Counted from the stretch's first letter, positions 1 to 9,599 are shown. The stretch is 64,000 nt of DNA from Candidatus Pacearchaeota archaeon (GCA_018303805.1 JAGVXL010000001.1:110208-174207), one strand, 5' to 3'. The notes: generated by a model from the sequence alone, not told the origin. Numbers and translations: made by a program.

Positions 1-355
1 CGTGTATCTTCGGTTTTTCTTTTTTCTTGTCATAGAGCAGTTTCACAATCCCCCTTCTTTCAGCATCTTCCAGAATGTCAAGATTGCATGAAAAGTCATC
101 ATTTCCCATCATAATATAAACCTCTTTTTTGCCTTTCAATCTCTCCATTCTTGGGACAAGATATTTCTCTAGAAATACCCGTTGGTTTCCTGCCATAAGC
201 CAAAAATATTCACTGTTAGAGATTGTTTCAAATCCAACCTCTGTCCCAACCACATAATTAGGCAGAATATCCCCCCCTATAACAACGGCATCAGCTTTTT
301 CCTCAAAAAGCCTTTCATAAAGCCCTTTGCCCCCATGCAAGTCAGTTGCGTATGC
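1..355 (-). CDS. Calcineurin-like metallophosphoesterase. Its C-terminus runs off the window start.
   Basis: Reverse-strand translation from the ATG at 353-355 gives MKIAYATDLHGGKGLYERLFEEKADAVVIGGDILPNYVV...MMGNDDFS. It carries the D-x-H-(x)n-GD-(x)n-GND signature of MPP motifs I to III. The ORF track does not list it because it has no stop inside the window. Confidence 0.6.
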
Positions 356-394
356 TATTTTCATTTTCCTCTTTTTCTAAAACAGATTTTAATT

Positions 395-901
395 TTAAAC
401 CGCCATCCTATCTATAATCGAGAGATTTTTTGGAGCATTTGAAGCTTTTTTATAAGCATCATAGGCAGGCATTTTGTATGCTGCAATTTGAGTTGAGCAA
501 ATGTAATCCTTCTTTCCATTGTCTATTGCAAGCCAGCACAAGAAACCCCTTATATTGAAACCATTGCTTAATGCCTCCCTGTAATGTGCACTTTCATGCT
601 TGACAGACTCATTTATCCTTCCTGTAACAAAGCCATTTTTTTCCAAGAACTTCCGCATTTTTCCCAATGATGGAAAAATGTATTTGTCCTCTTCATAAAG
701 CATTTTAGAATATTTATTCTCAATCTCCCTCTTTTTTTGCTTGAGGAAGAAGAGGGCCTTGTCCTCATCAAAAATTCCTGCCATCAGTCTTGCAAAAGCA
801 AGATTTTCCATAGCCTTTACCTCTTTGTAGAATTCAACCAAATCAGAAAACCTCGTTTTTGGCTTTATCACCTTTCTTTTCATATATACCAAAATAGCCA
901 A
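395..901 (-). CDS. Hypothetical 168-aa protein with a lone HExxH motif (VKHESAHY)
   Basis: Full ORF. The HESAH pentapeptide resembles a zinc-hydrolase motif. I recognise nothing else in it. Confidence 0.45.
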   Translation of the reverse strand: MAILVYMKRKVIKPKTRFSDLVEFYKEVKAMENLAFARLMAGIFDEDKALFFLKQKKREIENKYSKMLYEEDKYIFPSLGKMRKFLEKNGFVTGRINESVKHESAHYREALSNGFNIRGFLCWLAIDNGKKDYICSTQIAAYKMPAYDAYKKASNAPKNLSIIDRMAV

Positions 902-933
902 ATACTTTTAAAGATTGTTGTAATTACAGAATT

Positions 934-1233
934 ATGAAAAAAACAAGGATTGACAGATTAGACGAATTCCTAAGAAAAGAGAACATGTCTGACCAAGCTG
1001 GAGGCACTTTCAAGACAATAGACAGTATGCTCTCGCATTTGGGAATTGACGGAAAAAAACAGAGAGAAGAACTAATCTCGCGCCTTTATTCCACTGTTGG
1101 CGTTAAGAAAGAAACCAAGGAAATGAAATCCTATGCCAAAAACTGCATAGAAAACAAAAAGGAGTTTATTCTTTATTTCAAGAAAGTTCCAAGAGGCTAT
1201 CATGCAAGAATATACCTGCCGTTAAAGAAATAA
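934..1233 (+). CDS. Hypothetical 99-aa protein
   Basis: ORF with an ATG start in an otherwise minus-strand operon. The composition looks coding. No recognisable motif. Confidence 0.3.
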   Translation: MKKTRIDRLDEFLRKENMSDQAGGTFKTIDSMLSHLGIDGKKQREELISRLYSTVGVKKETKEMKSYAKNCIENKKEFILYFKKVPRGYHARIYLPLKK

Positions 1234-1728
1234 TCACCCGAAATAGCTTCTTTCCTTCTTCTCAAAAGATGCGTTCCACGCCCTGTCTATTGCCCTGCTC
1301 ATCTCCTGGAAATCAGGATGCATTGCCTGCCATTTCTTTGCAGAATCCCTGATGAACTCTGCCTCTGCCTTCTCGTTGTATTTCATGTCAAGGGCTATGG
1401 CTTTTATCTCAAACTCGCAGACTTTCCTGTAAATCTCCTCAACAATCTTCTTGTCAGAAGCCCCAAGATGCTTTATCACAGAAAGCAGGAAGAATGGCGC
1501 AGCAGTAGGATTTATCATCAATTCCAAAAATCTCAGGAATGCAACCGCCTTTTCTGTTATCGCTTTTCTTATCTCCCTTAATAAAATGTCGGTCTCATGC
1601 TCTGCTATCCTCTCAATCTCAAATTCCTCGTTAAGCTGCTGGAAGCTTGGCAGTTTGTATTTTTTCTGCAGTTTTTCATAATCTTTCTTTAACTTTTCAA
1701 GAGAAGATTCAATCCTTAGCTTTGGCAT
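1234..1728 (-). CDS. Hypothetical 164-aa protein
   Basis: Full ORF. It is tightly spaced between the upstream 868-aa gene and the downstream genes on the same strand. Confidence 0.5.
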   Translation of the reverse strand: MPKLRIESSLEKLKKDYEKLQKKYKLPSFQQLNEEFEIERIAEHETDILLREIRKAITEKAVAFLRFLELMINPTAAPFFLLSVIKHLGASDKKIVEEIYRKVCEFEIKAIALDMKYNEKAEAEFIRDSAKKWQAMHPDFQEMSRAIDRAWNASFEKKERSYFG

Positions 1729-1802
1729 TTTTATAGAGATATTAAACTATTCCCCGTTAACTTTAAAAATCTTTGCCAGCCATCCAGCTTGGAACAAACA
1801 AT

Positions 1803-4409
1803 CTACATGACGAGTTTTAGAAAGAGCTTATTGTTCATGTTATTTTTTATCTTGTCTATATCCTTATCAATTCTCTTCTCGTAATAATCTTCAAGAAGAT
1901 TGTCTGTGATAAATTCATGGGTTGCAGGGCCTTTTCCTTTTGGCGGAACAAATGACCTTATGAATGCTATGGGGAAATAATATGGGAATCCAACCATTAT
2001 TCCAAAAGGAGAAAAACTTTCTTCCTTGTGTTTTAGCTTCCTGTCTGGGTGTTCCAATGAAGAAGGAAAACACAACTCCATATTGCGGAATGCCTTCCCA
2101 ACTGCGGGAACATGCGCATGTCCCGCATCAACTTCCCTGAAACCTTCCATTATCAAGCCGGTTTCATAAAGATACTTTGTAGCCCTCATAACAGGGTCTG
2201 TCTTGTACAGCCCGCCAGTTCCTATTTTATGAAGAGTCAGAAGTTTTCCATAATCTTTTCCATCCTTTGATGTCATATTGCTTTGGTAATAGCTTTCATA
2301 ACCGAGAAGCCTGACACCTGTTGAGCCCTCATCAAATTTTGAGTCAAGCCCAGCATGGAAATTTAAATCTTCTAATATTTTTTCAAGCGCATTGCTGTTC
2401 TTTTGCTCTGGGATTGATTCTCTTATATAAGCAGTTATTGCTTGCCTTACCTCTTCAGAGATGTGATTGCCTTGCAGCCATATCAAACTCTCTTTTAACC
2501 TGCTTTTCTTTACAATTTTCTTGTCAGCGTCTTCCCCAAGATACCTATATACGTTCAATTGCCGCTCTATATTTGGCTTTATAAAATAACCCTCTCTTGC
2601 TGCCCCATAGTACTTCCCAAATTGGATAAAATCACCAAGTTTAGCCCTTAGGTCAACTAAACCAAAATCAGCCAATTCTTCTACAATTCTGTTAAATGAG
2701 ATTGCCGCCTCCCTCCTCATAACATCCTTCCCGATATGCTCGTCACCATGCTTTATGCTCACAGCAAAACATTCATCGTCTTTTGCTATATTGGAAATTT
2801 TTCCTATTTCCTCCAGATTAGGGAATGTAAAACGTGGCGTATGAGAGTGGTAATCTAGTATTGCTGCGCCGCTTGTCGCCCCCCATTTATTTGCCAAGCT
2901 GCTGTCCTCGCTTATCTTGCCGTTTTTTCTTTCCTTATCTATATCAAAGAAAGGACCGAGCAAAACAAGGTGTTTCTGTTTTGCAGAATCCCCTACAGAG
3001 AATGGCTGTGCATTGAAAAGGTGATTGTCCCCAACAAGAATTACATCAATGCCATTAATTTCATCTATTCCAAGGTTTGTAGAGTTTCTCCTGGAATAAG
3101 TTTCTACAAATTTTTCCCTTTTTCTATCCAAAACCTTATTGCCATCACCTTTTCCTGAGGGGTTTTTTACAAGAACATTTACATTATTGTTCAAATTTAT
3201 GATTTCGCCGTTAGGATGGATTTTTAAGTTTTTATGAATTTGTTTCAACAAGCCAATATACTTTTCCTCGCTTAACTTCTGCAAGGCATTAACTAAGTCT
3301 TCTGGGACTCTCCTCTTTACAATTCTGCCGCTAACCGCAATATACTCTTCATCAATATCATGCAGTAGGGTTTCAATGTTATTGGAATAGCGGCTTATCT
3401 TGTCTATGAACTGTGTTGTCTCCTTCCATTCCCAGTCGGTGATATCCTCAGATAATTTTTTAATATCTTCCGATGGAAAAAACTTGCTTATCCTCTGCTC
3501 TACTTCACCAAGCTCCTCTTTTGATTTAACACTTTGATTTTTAATTGCATTGAGCCTTTCTTCTATTTTTTCAGAAGTGTCAAATAGATAATTGCTGAAT
3601 CTTTGGGAGTATCTTTCCTCAGCGGCAGTTTTTTTCTGCGCATATTCATTGTTTGTCTCTTCTTCCCCTTCTTTTATCCTCTCTTCAATAGATTTCTTTT
3701 CTGAATCTAAATTCCGCAGTTTCTTTTTTAGTTCAACTCTTCTATTGTCTGCAATCTTTTTCTTGTCAAGTTCTTTACGCAGAACCTTCAACTTGTGGTT
3801 TATCAGATAATAATTCTCCTCCTCTTTAATCTCTTTTTTTTGGCTCTTTAAAGCATGATTATATTCTTTATCAAGATGTTTTGTAGTTGTTATTATTTTT
3901 GTCTCAGCCTTTTCTGACAGTTCTCTTGTTTTATTGACATACTTTACTATATCCTTAAGATTTCTTCTTGTTGTTGCCAGACCATTAACGAAGACATCAA
4001 AAAGAGAGGAGTATATCTCAACCATATTTGAAAGGTCTTCTGGACCGAGAACATAGTGGGTGTCTTGCTCCATATCACCAAATAAATTTTTGGTTGTTTC
4101 AATCATATCCTCCAGCTTTTTTCTAGGTCTTCTTTTGAAGTGAGTTTTTGAGTAATAATCATAATATTGTGGCAAAATTCCTCCCGCAATTATCAAAGGT
4201 AGATTAAACTCTTTTGCGAGCTTTTTAGTATCCTGCCACGCATCCTCGTTGAAATAATCAGAAGCAAATTTAGGATTTGATATGGCAACAAAGGAAGATT
4301 CGCTGTTTTTCAGTCTTTTATAAGGATTTCGTGTGAATTCAAGCCTGTTAGAAAGCCACTTATCAATTATTTTTCTGTCCTTTTTTCCATTCAAACTCTC
4401 TTTTTGCAT
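1803..4409 (-). CDS. 868-aa protein with a K/E-rich coiled coil at the N-terminus and a metallophosphoesterase (Mre11/SbcD-like fold) domain at the C-terminus
   Basis: Residues about 160-420 are heptad-like and strongly K/E/R-rich. The C-terminal 380 aa contain ordered MPP motifs: VILVGDNHLF (D-x-H), KHGDEHIG (GD), WLQGNHISEE (GNH) and VDAGHAHV (GHxH). Confidence 0.7.
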   Translation of the reverse strand: MQKESLNGKKDRKIIDKWLSNRLEFTRNPYKRLKNSESSFVAISNPKFASDYFNEDAWQDTKKLAKEFNLPLIIAGGILPQYYDYYSKTHFKRRPRKKLEDMIETTKNLFGDMEQDTHYVLGPEDLSNMVEIYSSLFDVFVNGLATTRRNLKDIVKYVNKTRELSEKAETKIITTTKHLDKEYNHALKSQKKEIKEEENYYLINHKLKVLRKELDKKKIADNRRVELKKKLRNLDSEKKSIEERIKEGEEETNNEYAQKKTAAEERYSQRFSNYLFDTSEKIEERLNAIKNQSVKSKEELGEVEQRISKFFPSEDIKKLSEDITDWEWKETTQFIDKISRYSNNIETLLHDIDEEYIAVSGRIVKRRVPEDLVNALQKLSEEKYIGLLKQIHKNLKIHPNGEIINLNNNVNVLVKNPSGKGDGNKVLDRKREKFVETYSRRNSTNLGIDEINGIDVILVGDNHLFNAQPFSVGDSAKQKHLVLLGPFFDIDKERKNGKISEDSSLANKWGATSGAAILDYHSHTPRFTFPNLEEIGKISNIAKDDECFAVSIKHGDEHIGKDVMRREAAISFNRIVEELADFGLVDLRAKLGDFIQFGKYYGAAREGYFIKPNIERQLNVYRYLGEDADKKIVKKSRLKESLIWLQGNHISEEVRQAITAYIRESIPEQKNSNALEKILEDLNFHAGLDSKFDEGSTGVRLLGYESYYQSNMTSKDGKDYGKLLTLHKIGTGGLYKTDPVMRATKYLYETGLIMEGFREVDAGHAHVPAVGKAFRNMELCFPSSLEHPDRKLKHKEESFSPFGIMVGFPYYFPIAFIRSFVPPKGKGPATHEFITDNLLEDYYEKRIDKDIDKIKNNMNNKLFLKLVM

Positions 4410-4591
4410 TGAATATATAGAAAAAAGATTATTAAATACATTATTATAAAAAAAGTTTTATTTTATAAAGACTGCTTTTCAAAATATATTACCATTTTAG
4501 TATGACTACAAGATATATTTCCTTAAGAGTAGTTTATTTAAAAATTTAGGCTTCTTGATTTTCGTTAAGGGGGCAAAGTAAAGAAAGAAAA

Positions 4592-6271
4592 ATGCCACAA
4601 GACAGTTTGCTCGAGCTATTATGTTCTCAGGCAGAGAAATGGATGCAGGTGAACCAGGCAAAGAAAATTGTTGGAACTCCAAAGACAGGACAGAATTCCA
4701 CATATAAAATTGATTTTTATCCAAGGCAGGTTGCCTACTGCCTGAAAAAAGAGGAGGAAACTGAACTTGTTGCAGATAAGGGGGGCTTGACAACAGCAAC
4801 AGACGCATGCCTGATTAAAAATAATATATTGAGAGTTGAAACAAGAGTTGGAGATTTGATTGATGCTGAAGGAAATGGTGTTGGTTATGCCTGTCATAGG
4901 GAAGATGCACCCATAGATAATCTTCCTGCAATTGAAAGGAAAGTGGATAAGGTATCAGAGAATGTATTGAAGACTGCATTTCAGAATTACTGGAAATATC
5001 ATGCACAGTACACAGAATATAAGAACGACAAATTCAAAAAATTTTCAGCAGAAGAGCCTGTTGACTACCATGAAGATGAGAAATACGTAGAGGTTAATAA
5101 AGAACAAGCGGGAAAACTTCTTGAGGAGATAACCAATAATTTCTGCAATATAAACGGGGTAGAAGACTGCTGGGCTAAAGCATCTATACAGAAGACAAAA
5201 AGGGATTTTGTCAGTTTTGAAAGGACAGCAGAAAATGGCATAAGAAAGAGGATTATTTCAACATGCGAGAAAGGGGCATATTTTGGGGTTTCAGTTACAA
5301 TTGAAGACAGGAAGGGGCAGGAGATTGAATACTACCAAAACCTGGCTGGTCTTAATGCAGAAGAGGTTTTTGATAGGGGCAGGATTCTTGCAATGGTAAA
5401 GACTCTTGAGCATAAAATAAGGGAAAGAATTGACTGCGAGGTTCAGCCTTCAGGGGTTTATCCGGTAATAATGGATGGCAGGGCTCTTGGTGTTTTATTC
5501 CATGAAGGCGCAGTTGCACATTTATTATCTGCAAAATGCATTGATGAGGATTATGCAACAACATTTGAAGGCAAGATAGGGGAGAAAATTATACCTTCTT
5601 TTATCTCTTTATATAATAATTCCACAAAAGAGGGTGAATGGGGGGCTTATAAATATGACGAGGAGGGGGTTAAAAGCCAGTGCGTCCCAATAATAGAAAA
5701 CGGAATCCTAAAAAGCTATCTATATGATAGGACAACTGCTGGCAGAAGAGGAATAAAATCAAATGGCTGTTCTCGGGCAAGCAATAATGAGATGGGGCTG
5801 GATTATTATGATATTGACTCAAATAATTATTTCACAGAGCCAAGAATAAGTATACTGGAAGTCAAGTCATCTGTAAACCACAGGTTTGAGGATTTAGTTA
5901 AAAGGATGATTGCTGTCTGCAAGGAAAAAGGGCTTGACTATGGATTGCTTATTGAAGGCGGTGGCGGGGAAGTTTTTACAGGCACAGGCGAATTCAGGAT
6001 AAGTCCGGACTTTATTTACAGAATTTACACAAATAGAAAAATTGTGCCGATTTCGAGTGCATATATCCTAGGCAATCCTTATATGATGCTTAATCAGCTG
6101 GAGATGGTTGGCGGAGAATACAGCAGGGGCTATGGTTTCTGCGGCTCTGATTCAGGATTTGTGCACACACAAGAAATCTCGCCTTACGGGTTCCTTACCA
6201 ATGTCGAAGTAAGAAAACTTGGAGAAGATGCTCCAAGAAGATTGAAATCTGAGAGAAAAAGCAGAAAATAA
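4592..6271 (+). CDS. TldD/PmbA-family (peptidase U62) metalloprotease-like protein
   Basis: 559 aa. The HExxxH motif (LFHEGAVAHLL) and the C-terminal motif GYGFCGSDSGFV are typical of TldD/PmbA. The assignment is by motif only. Confidence 0.5.
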   Translation: MPQDSLLELLCSQAEKWMQVNQAKKIVGTPKTGQNSTYKIDFYPRQVAYCLKKEEETELVADKGGLTTATDACLIKNNILRVETRVGDLIDAEGNGVGYACHREDAPIDNLPAIERKVDKVSENVLKTAFQNYWKYHAQYTEYKNDKFKKFSAEEPVDYHEDEKYVEVNKEQAGKLLEEITNNFCNINGVEDCWAKASIQKTKRDFVSFERTAENGIRKRIISTCEKGAYFGVSVTIEDRKGQEIEYYQNLAGLNAEEVFDRGRILAMVKTLEHKIRERIDCEVQPSGVYPVIMDGRALGVLFHEGAVAHLLSAKCIDEDYATTFEGKIGEKIIPSFISLYNNSTKEGEWGAYKYDEEGVKSQCVPIIENGILKSYLYDRTTAGRRGIKSNGCSRASNNEMGLDYYDIDSNNYFTEPRISILEVKSSVNHRFEDLVKRMIAVCKEKGLDYGLLIEGGGGEVFTGTGEFRISPDFIYRIYTNRKIVPISSAYILGNPYMMLNQLEMVGGEYSRGYGFCGSDSGFVHTQEISPYGFLTNVEVRKLGEDAPRRLKSERKSRK

Positions 6272-6287
6272 GAAAAAATACAAAAAA

Positions 6288-6406
6288 GCCCCGACCGAGG
6301 ATTGAACTCGGGACCTTGTCCTTTTTGTTTTCTCTCCAAAGTCCCTTCTTTTGAAAAGAAGAGAGCTTTTACCAAGGACACGCTCTACCAACTGAGCCAT
6401 CGGGGC
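6288..6406 (-). tRNA. tRNA-Thr (anticodon GGU) with an intron of about 46 nt at position 37/38
   Basis: Read on the minus strand: acceptor GCCCCGA/TCGGGGC, D-arm GGCTCAGTTGGTAGAGCG, anticodon stem TGTCC/GGACA with loop TTGGTA|intron|A, T-arm CCGAG-TTCAATC-CTCGG. No CCA is encoded. A TATA-like TTTTTAAATT sits about 25 nt upstream. Confidence 0.75.
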
Positions 6407-6442
6407 ATAGAGCAAGAAAAAATCAGGAATTTAAAAATCTAT

Positions 6443-6703
6443 TCAAATGCTTATGTTCAAGCTTGTATTAAGAACAGTTACCCCAAAAGAGCTTGGAACA
6501 TTTTCCATCTGCGGCAGCCATCTCATATTGTACGCAACAACAGCCAAATCTCTTATATTTCCGGCAACCTGCCAAACCCACTTGCCATAAATCTTTACAA
6601 AAACCATGCTGCTGTTAATGCTTTTAAAATCTGTCTGCTGCTTGTTTGCTATAAACAATGCTCCAAGAATCAGCACAATCATAATAATGACCCCCAGCCT
6701 CAT
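6443..6703 (-). CDS. Small (86-aa) membrane protein, hypothetical
   Basis: N-terminal hydrophobic helix (GVIIMIVLILGALFIA). It lies between the 903-aa secreted-protein gene and tRNA-Thr on the same strand. The competing plus-strand ORF 6302..6709 overlaps the tRNA. Confidence 0.3.
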   Translation of the reverse strand: MRLGVIIMIVLILGALFIANKQQTDFKSINSSMVFVKIYGKWVWQVAGNIRDLAVVAYNMRWLPQMENVPSSFGVTVLNTSLNISI

Positions 6704-6725
6704 GCATAGAAAAAGAAATTTTTGT

Positions 6726-9437
6726 TTATATTCTTTTCGGAAATAGGATTTGATACAAAGCCTTGATACTCTCCCCAGTTATTGGTGCTGGTTCTGGTGC
6801 AGGAGGCGCTTCAGGTTGTTGAGTTTCAGCCATTGGTTCTGTATTAGGTTCAGGAACAGTCTCAGGCCTTTCTTCAGGTGCTAAAATAGGCTCGTGTAAT
6901 TCAATCCTTTCAGCTTTCTCTTCTATTTCTTGAATATTATCTTCTATATCTCTGATTTCCTCTTTAATCTCCTCCGCCCTCTCTGTATCTGGTTTTATTT
7001 CCTCTGCATTCCTTTCAGCCCTTTCTGCAATCTTGTTTATTTGTTCATTTGTTATGTATGCTTGGTTTCCCTCTTTGTCTACTATCATCCTGTCACCGTT
7101 TTTCATCCTCTCTTCATTTATCTTGGACATGAGTATATCACAGGCAGACTCATCCATAACCCCCATATCAATGCATTCTCTTGGCAGTCTTACTTCACCT
7201 CTTTCCTCAAGAGTTTTTATTCTTCTCAAACACTCTTCCTCCCCTTCCTTGCATGCCCTTTCAACCTGCTCAAGTCTTTCCAATCTCTCTGTTTGCTCAA
7301 GTCTTTCAGTTTGTGGAATTATAATGCCTTTTTCTTCCATAATCTTCCTGCATTCTTCAGGCTCTTTTCCCGCACATTCAGGAGGCATGTTAATTCCTAT
7401 TCCTTCCTCTCTTCTTTGTTTCTCCATAAATCTGCCGCAATCGTCTGGGTTCAAGATATTGGCTTCACGACAAGGGCCTGGAATATTCTCATTCACAAGT
7501 TTGCTTTCTAGAATATGCTGGCATTCTTGTGGTGAAACAGCTTGTCCATTTACAACACATTCTCTTGGGATGTTCGAAATATCACTAGGAGCAGGAAGAG
7601 TAATTCCCATATCCGCCAGAGCCTTATCACACTCCATTCCTCTTACAAAATTTACTCCCCTCTTGCATACATCAGGAAGGCTTTCAAAATCAATTCCCAA
7701 TCTCTCGAGTTCAGGAGATAATCTAACCATATTCTTTGCCATTACCCTTGCACATTCTTCTGGCTCTGATATTCCCTCTTCTTGGCATTCTTCTGGCATG
7801 TTTTTCTTTATTTTCCAGGCATCACATTCCTCTCTGCTGAATATGCCAGCGTCTTTGCAGTCTCCTGGCAGAAGAACCCTTTTGCATGCTTCAGGTGTTA
7901 ATGCATTTGCATCCTGGCAATCTTGAGGAAGATATTTCTCCATTATAAAACTCTCGCATTCATCAAATGTCAAGCCAACGCACTCTTGAGGAATTCTCAT
8001 CTCTCCACTCCATCCACCTCTTGTTCCTCTTGCGTATCCCCCTTGCTCTCCCTGTTGTGGCTGAGGCATTCCTCTTTCTCTCATAATTTTATTGCATTCT
8101 TCTTGGGAAACTGGTTGCCCGTCTCTTATACATTCCCGGGGTATATTACCAACTGCCTGCCCGGGCATTCCTCTTTGAGGCATAATCCCCAATTCATTCA
8201 TTATTTCCATGCATTCATCAGGTGTGACTGGTTTTCCATCTTTGATGCATTCCTGCGGAATGTTCTCCATTCCCCCTCTACCCCTTTCCACCATTATTCT
8301 TTCGCATTCCTCTCTTGGGATTGGCTTGCCGTCTCTTATGCATTCTTGCGGTATCTTGCCGCTTCTCATCATCTTCTCTTCGCATCTCTCAGGACCAATG
8401 AACTCACCATTTTCCATGCATTCTGTTGGTGGCGGCCCATATTTTCCAATCATAATCTTCTCACATTCCTCCTTTGTCGTTGCTCCTGCCTCTATGCATT
8501 CGCTGGGGGCATGCTTCTCCATCATAATCTTCTCGCATTCCTCCCTTGTCTGCGCATTTGCCTCTACACATTCTGGAGGGGCAATTTTTTCAAACATCTC
8601 CTTTTCCTTTTTATTAATTAAATCATCCATTGTTTTTTGAAAGAACGGCTTGAGAAAAGCAGGTATGTTGCTTGGAAGTTCTGGCTTTATATCCCTTAAC
8701 TCTTTGCAGGCAGAATCATCCTTTTGGAATTCGCATCTTATTGCCAATGCCTTGCTTTTTTCGCAGTTTGCCCTTACATCCAATATAGGAATATCAGAGC
8801 AGTCACATTCTCTTGGGTCATTGATGCATATTGTCATTTGCTCAACCATTTTTTGGCCAGCTTCTTCCTGCTTCTTCTTTACTTCTTTGTCAATCTTATC
8901 CCTTAACCATGGGAGAGCATTTTCTTGGTTGCATTTAGGCTCTTTTAACATCAAATCGTAATCCTGAATTGCCAATTCCTTGCATAATTCAAGAACCTTG
9001 TCAGAGAGTTCTACTGCAAACTGTGTTTTTTGCTCCTCGCTAAGATGCTTTTCTAAATAAGCTGAAAATTCAGGGTTAATTTCCTTGCTTTCCATAATCT
9101 TGTCAATTACTTCTTGAACACTAACATTTATATTGGAGGACATATCTGGAGAAGACTCTTCTTGAATAATCTTCAATTTCTCTTTTGCTCTCTCCAAATC
9201 CTTAATTGCTTCCCCTACATTTCCAGCTTTAATATTTTCAATTGCCGCATTAATGTCCTTTTCTCTTGCTTCTAATGCCACTTCAGCCTTTTTCTCGCCA
9301 GTTGCAAAAAATATTCTCAAATCATCAACAATCCTGCCTGTAATGGAGTAAAAAGAAACAGGTTGCGCGGCGACAACATTAGAGAGCAGGATAAACATCA
9401 TGAAGAAGGCGATTATCTTTCTCACTTCCTTTCTCAT
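6726..9437 (-). CDS. Secreted 903-aa protein with at least nine tandem two-cysteine 'EC...EC..IM' modules, an N-terminal coiled coil and a Pro-rich C-terminus
   Basis: Signal peptide MRKEVRKIIAFFMMFILLSNVVAAQ. Repeats of the form IPQECIRDGKPIPREECERIMVERG, IPQECIKDGKPVTPDECMEIMNELG, IPRECIRDGQPVSQEECNKIMRERG, PPECVEANAQTREECEKIMMEKH and others. C-terminus PEAPPAPEPAPITGE. Confidence 0.7.
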   Translation of the reverse strand: MRKEVRKIIAFFMMFILLSNVVAAQPVSFYSITGRIVDDLRIFFATGEKKAEVALEAREKDINAAIENIKAGNVGEAIKDLERAKEKLKIIQEESSPDMSSNINVSVQEVIDKIMESKEINPEFSAYLEKHLSEEQKTQFAVELSDKVLELCKELAIQDYDLMLKEPKCNQENALPWLRDKIDKEVKKKQEEAGQKMVEQMTICINDPRECDCSDIPILDVRANCEKSKALAIRCEFQKDDSACKELRDIKPELPSNIPAFLKPFFQKTMDDLINKKEKEMFEKIAPPECVEANAQTREECEKIMMEKHAPSECIEAGATTKEECEKIMIGKYGPPPTECMENGEFIGPERCEEKMMRSGKIPQECIRDGKPIPREECERIMVERGRGGMENIPQECIKDGKPVTPDECMEIMNELGIMPQRGMPGQAVGNIPRECIRDGQPVSQEECNKIMRERGMPQPQQGEQGGYARGTRGGWSGEMRIPQECVGLTFDECESFIMEKYLPQDCQDANALTPEACKRVLLPGDCKDAGIFSREECDAWKIKKNMPEECQEEGISEPEECARVMAKNMVRLSPELERLGIDFESLPDVCKRGVNFVRGMECDKALADMGITLPAPSDISNIPRECVVNGQAVSPQECQHILESKLVNENIPGPCREANILNPDDCGRFMEKQRREEGIGINMPPECAGKEPEECRKIMEEKGIIIPQTERLEQTERLERLEQVERACKEGEEECLRRIKTLEERGEVRLPRECIDMGVMDESACDILMSKINEERMKNGDRMIVDKEGNQAYITNEQINKIAERAERNAEEIKPDTERAEEIKEEIRDIEDNIQEIEEKAERIELHEPILAPEERPETVPEPNTEPMAETQQPEAPPAPEPAPITGESIKALYQILFPKRI

Positions 9438-9523
9438 GAAAATTATAATACTAAAGGGTATATAAAATTTTTCAGTCCTTAATGAGATAGATTTTTAAAT
9501 TTGTCAAACCTACCCAAGAACAT

Positions 9524-9595
9524 AGCCCTGTAGTCTAGTGGTCCAGGATAATTGGCTCTGGCCCAGTTGACCTCGGTTCGAATCCGAGCAGGGCT
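9524..9595 (+). tRNA. tRNA-Gln (anticodon CUG)
   Basis: A1:U72 acceptor pair (AGCCCTG/CAGGGCT), which is typical of archaeal tRNA-Gln. Anticodon stem ATTGG/CCAGT with loop CTCTGGC. T-arm CCTCG-GTTCGAATC-CGAG region. A TATA-like TTTTAAAT sits about 30 nt upstream. No CCA is encoded. Confidence 0.75.
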
Positions 9596-9599
9596 ATAT

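Noticed and set aside
182-442. 86-aa plus-strand ORF at the window start
   Set aside because: It lies antisense to the metallophosphoesterase reading frame (1..355), which has clear catalytic motifs.
6152-6709. ORFs 6152..6415(-), 6184..6381(-) and 6302..6709(+)
   Set aside because: All of them overlap the tRNA-Thr gene including its intron. The tRNA cloverleaf is unambiguous.
6930-8961. Long plus-strand ORFs (193, 297, 232, 143 and 103 aa) inside the 903-aa secreted-protein gene
   Set aside because: These are shadow ORFs on the strand opposite a well-supported gene with a signal peptide and repeats. The repetitive codon structure of the sense strand suppresses stops on the antisense strand, and the translations are low-complexity Ser/Leu/Phe strings.
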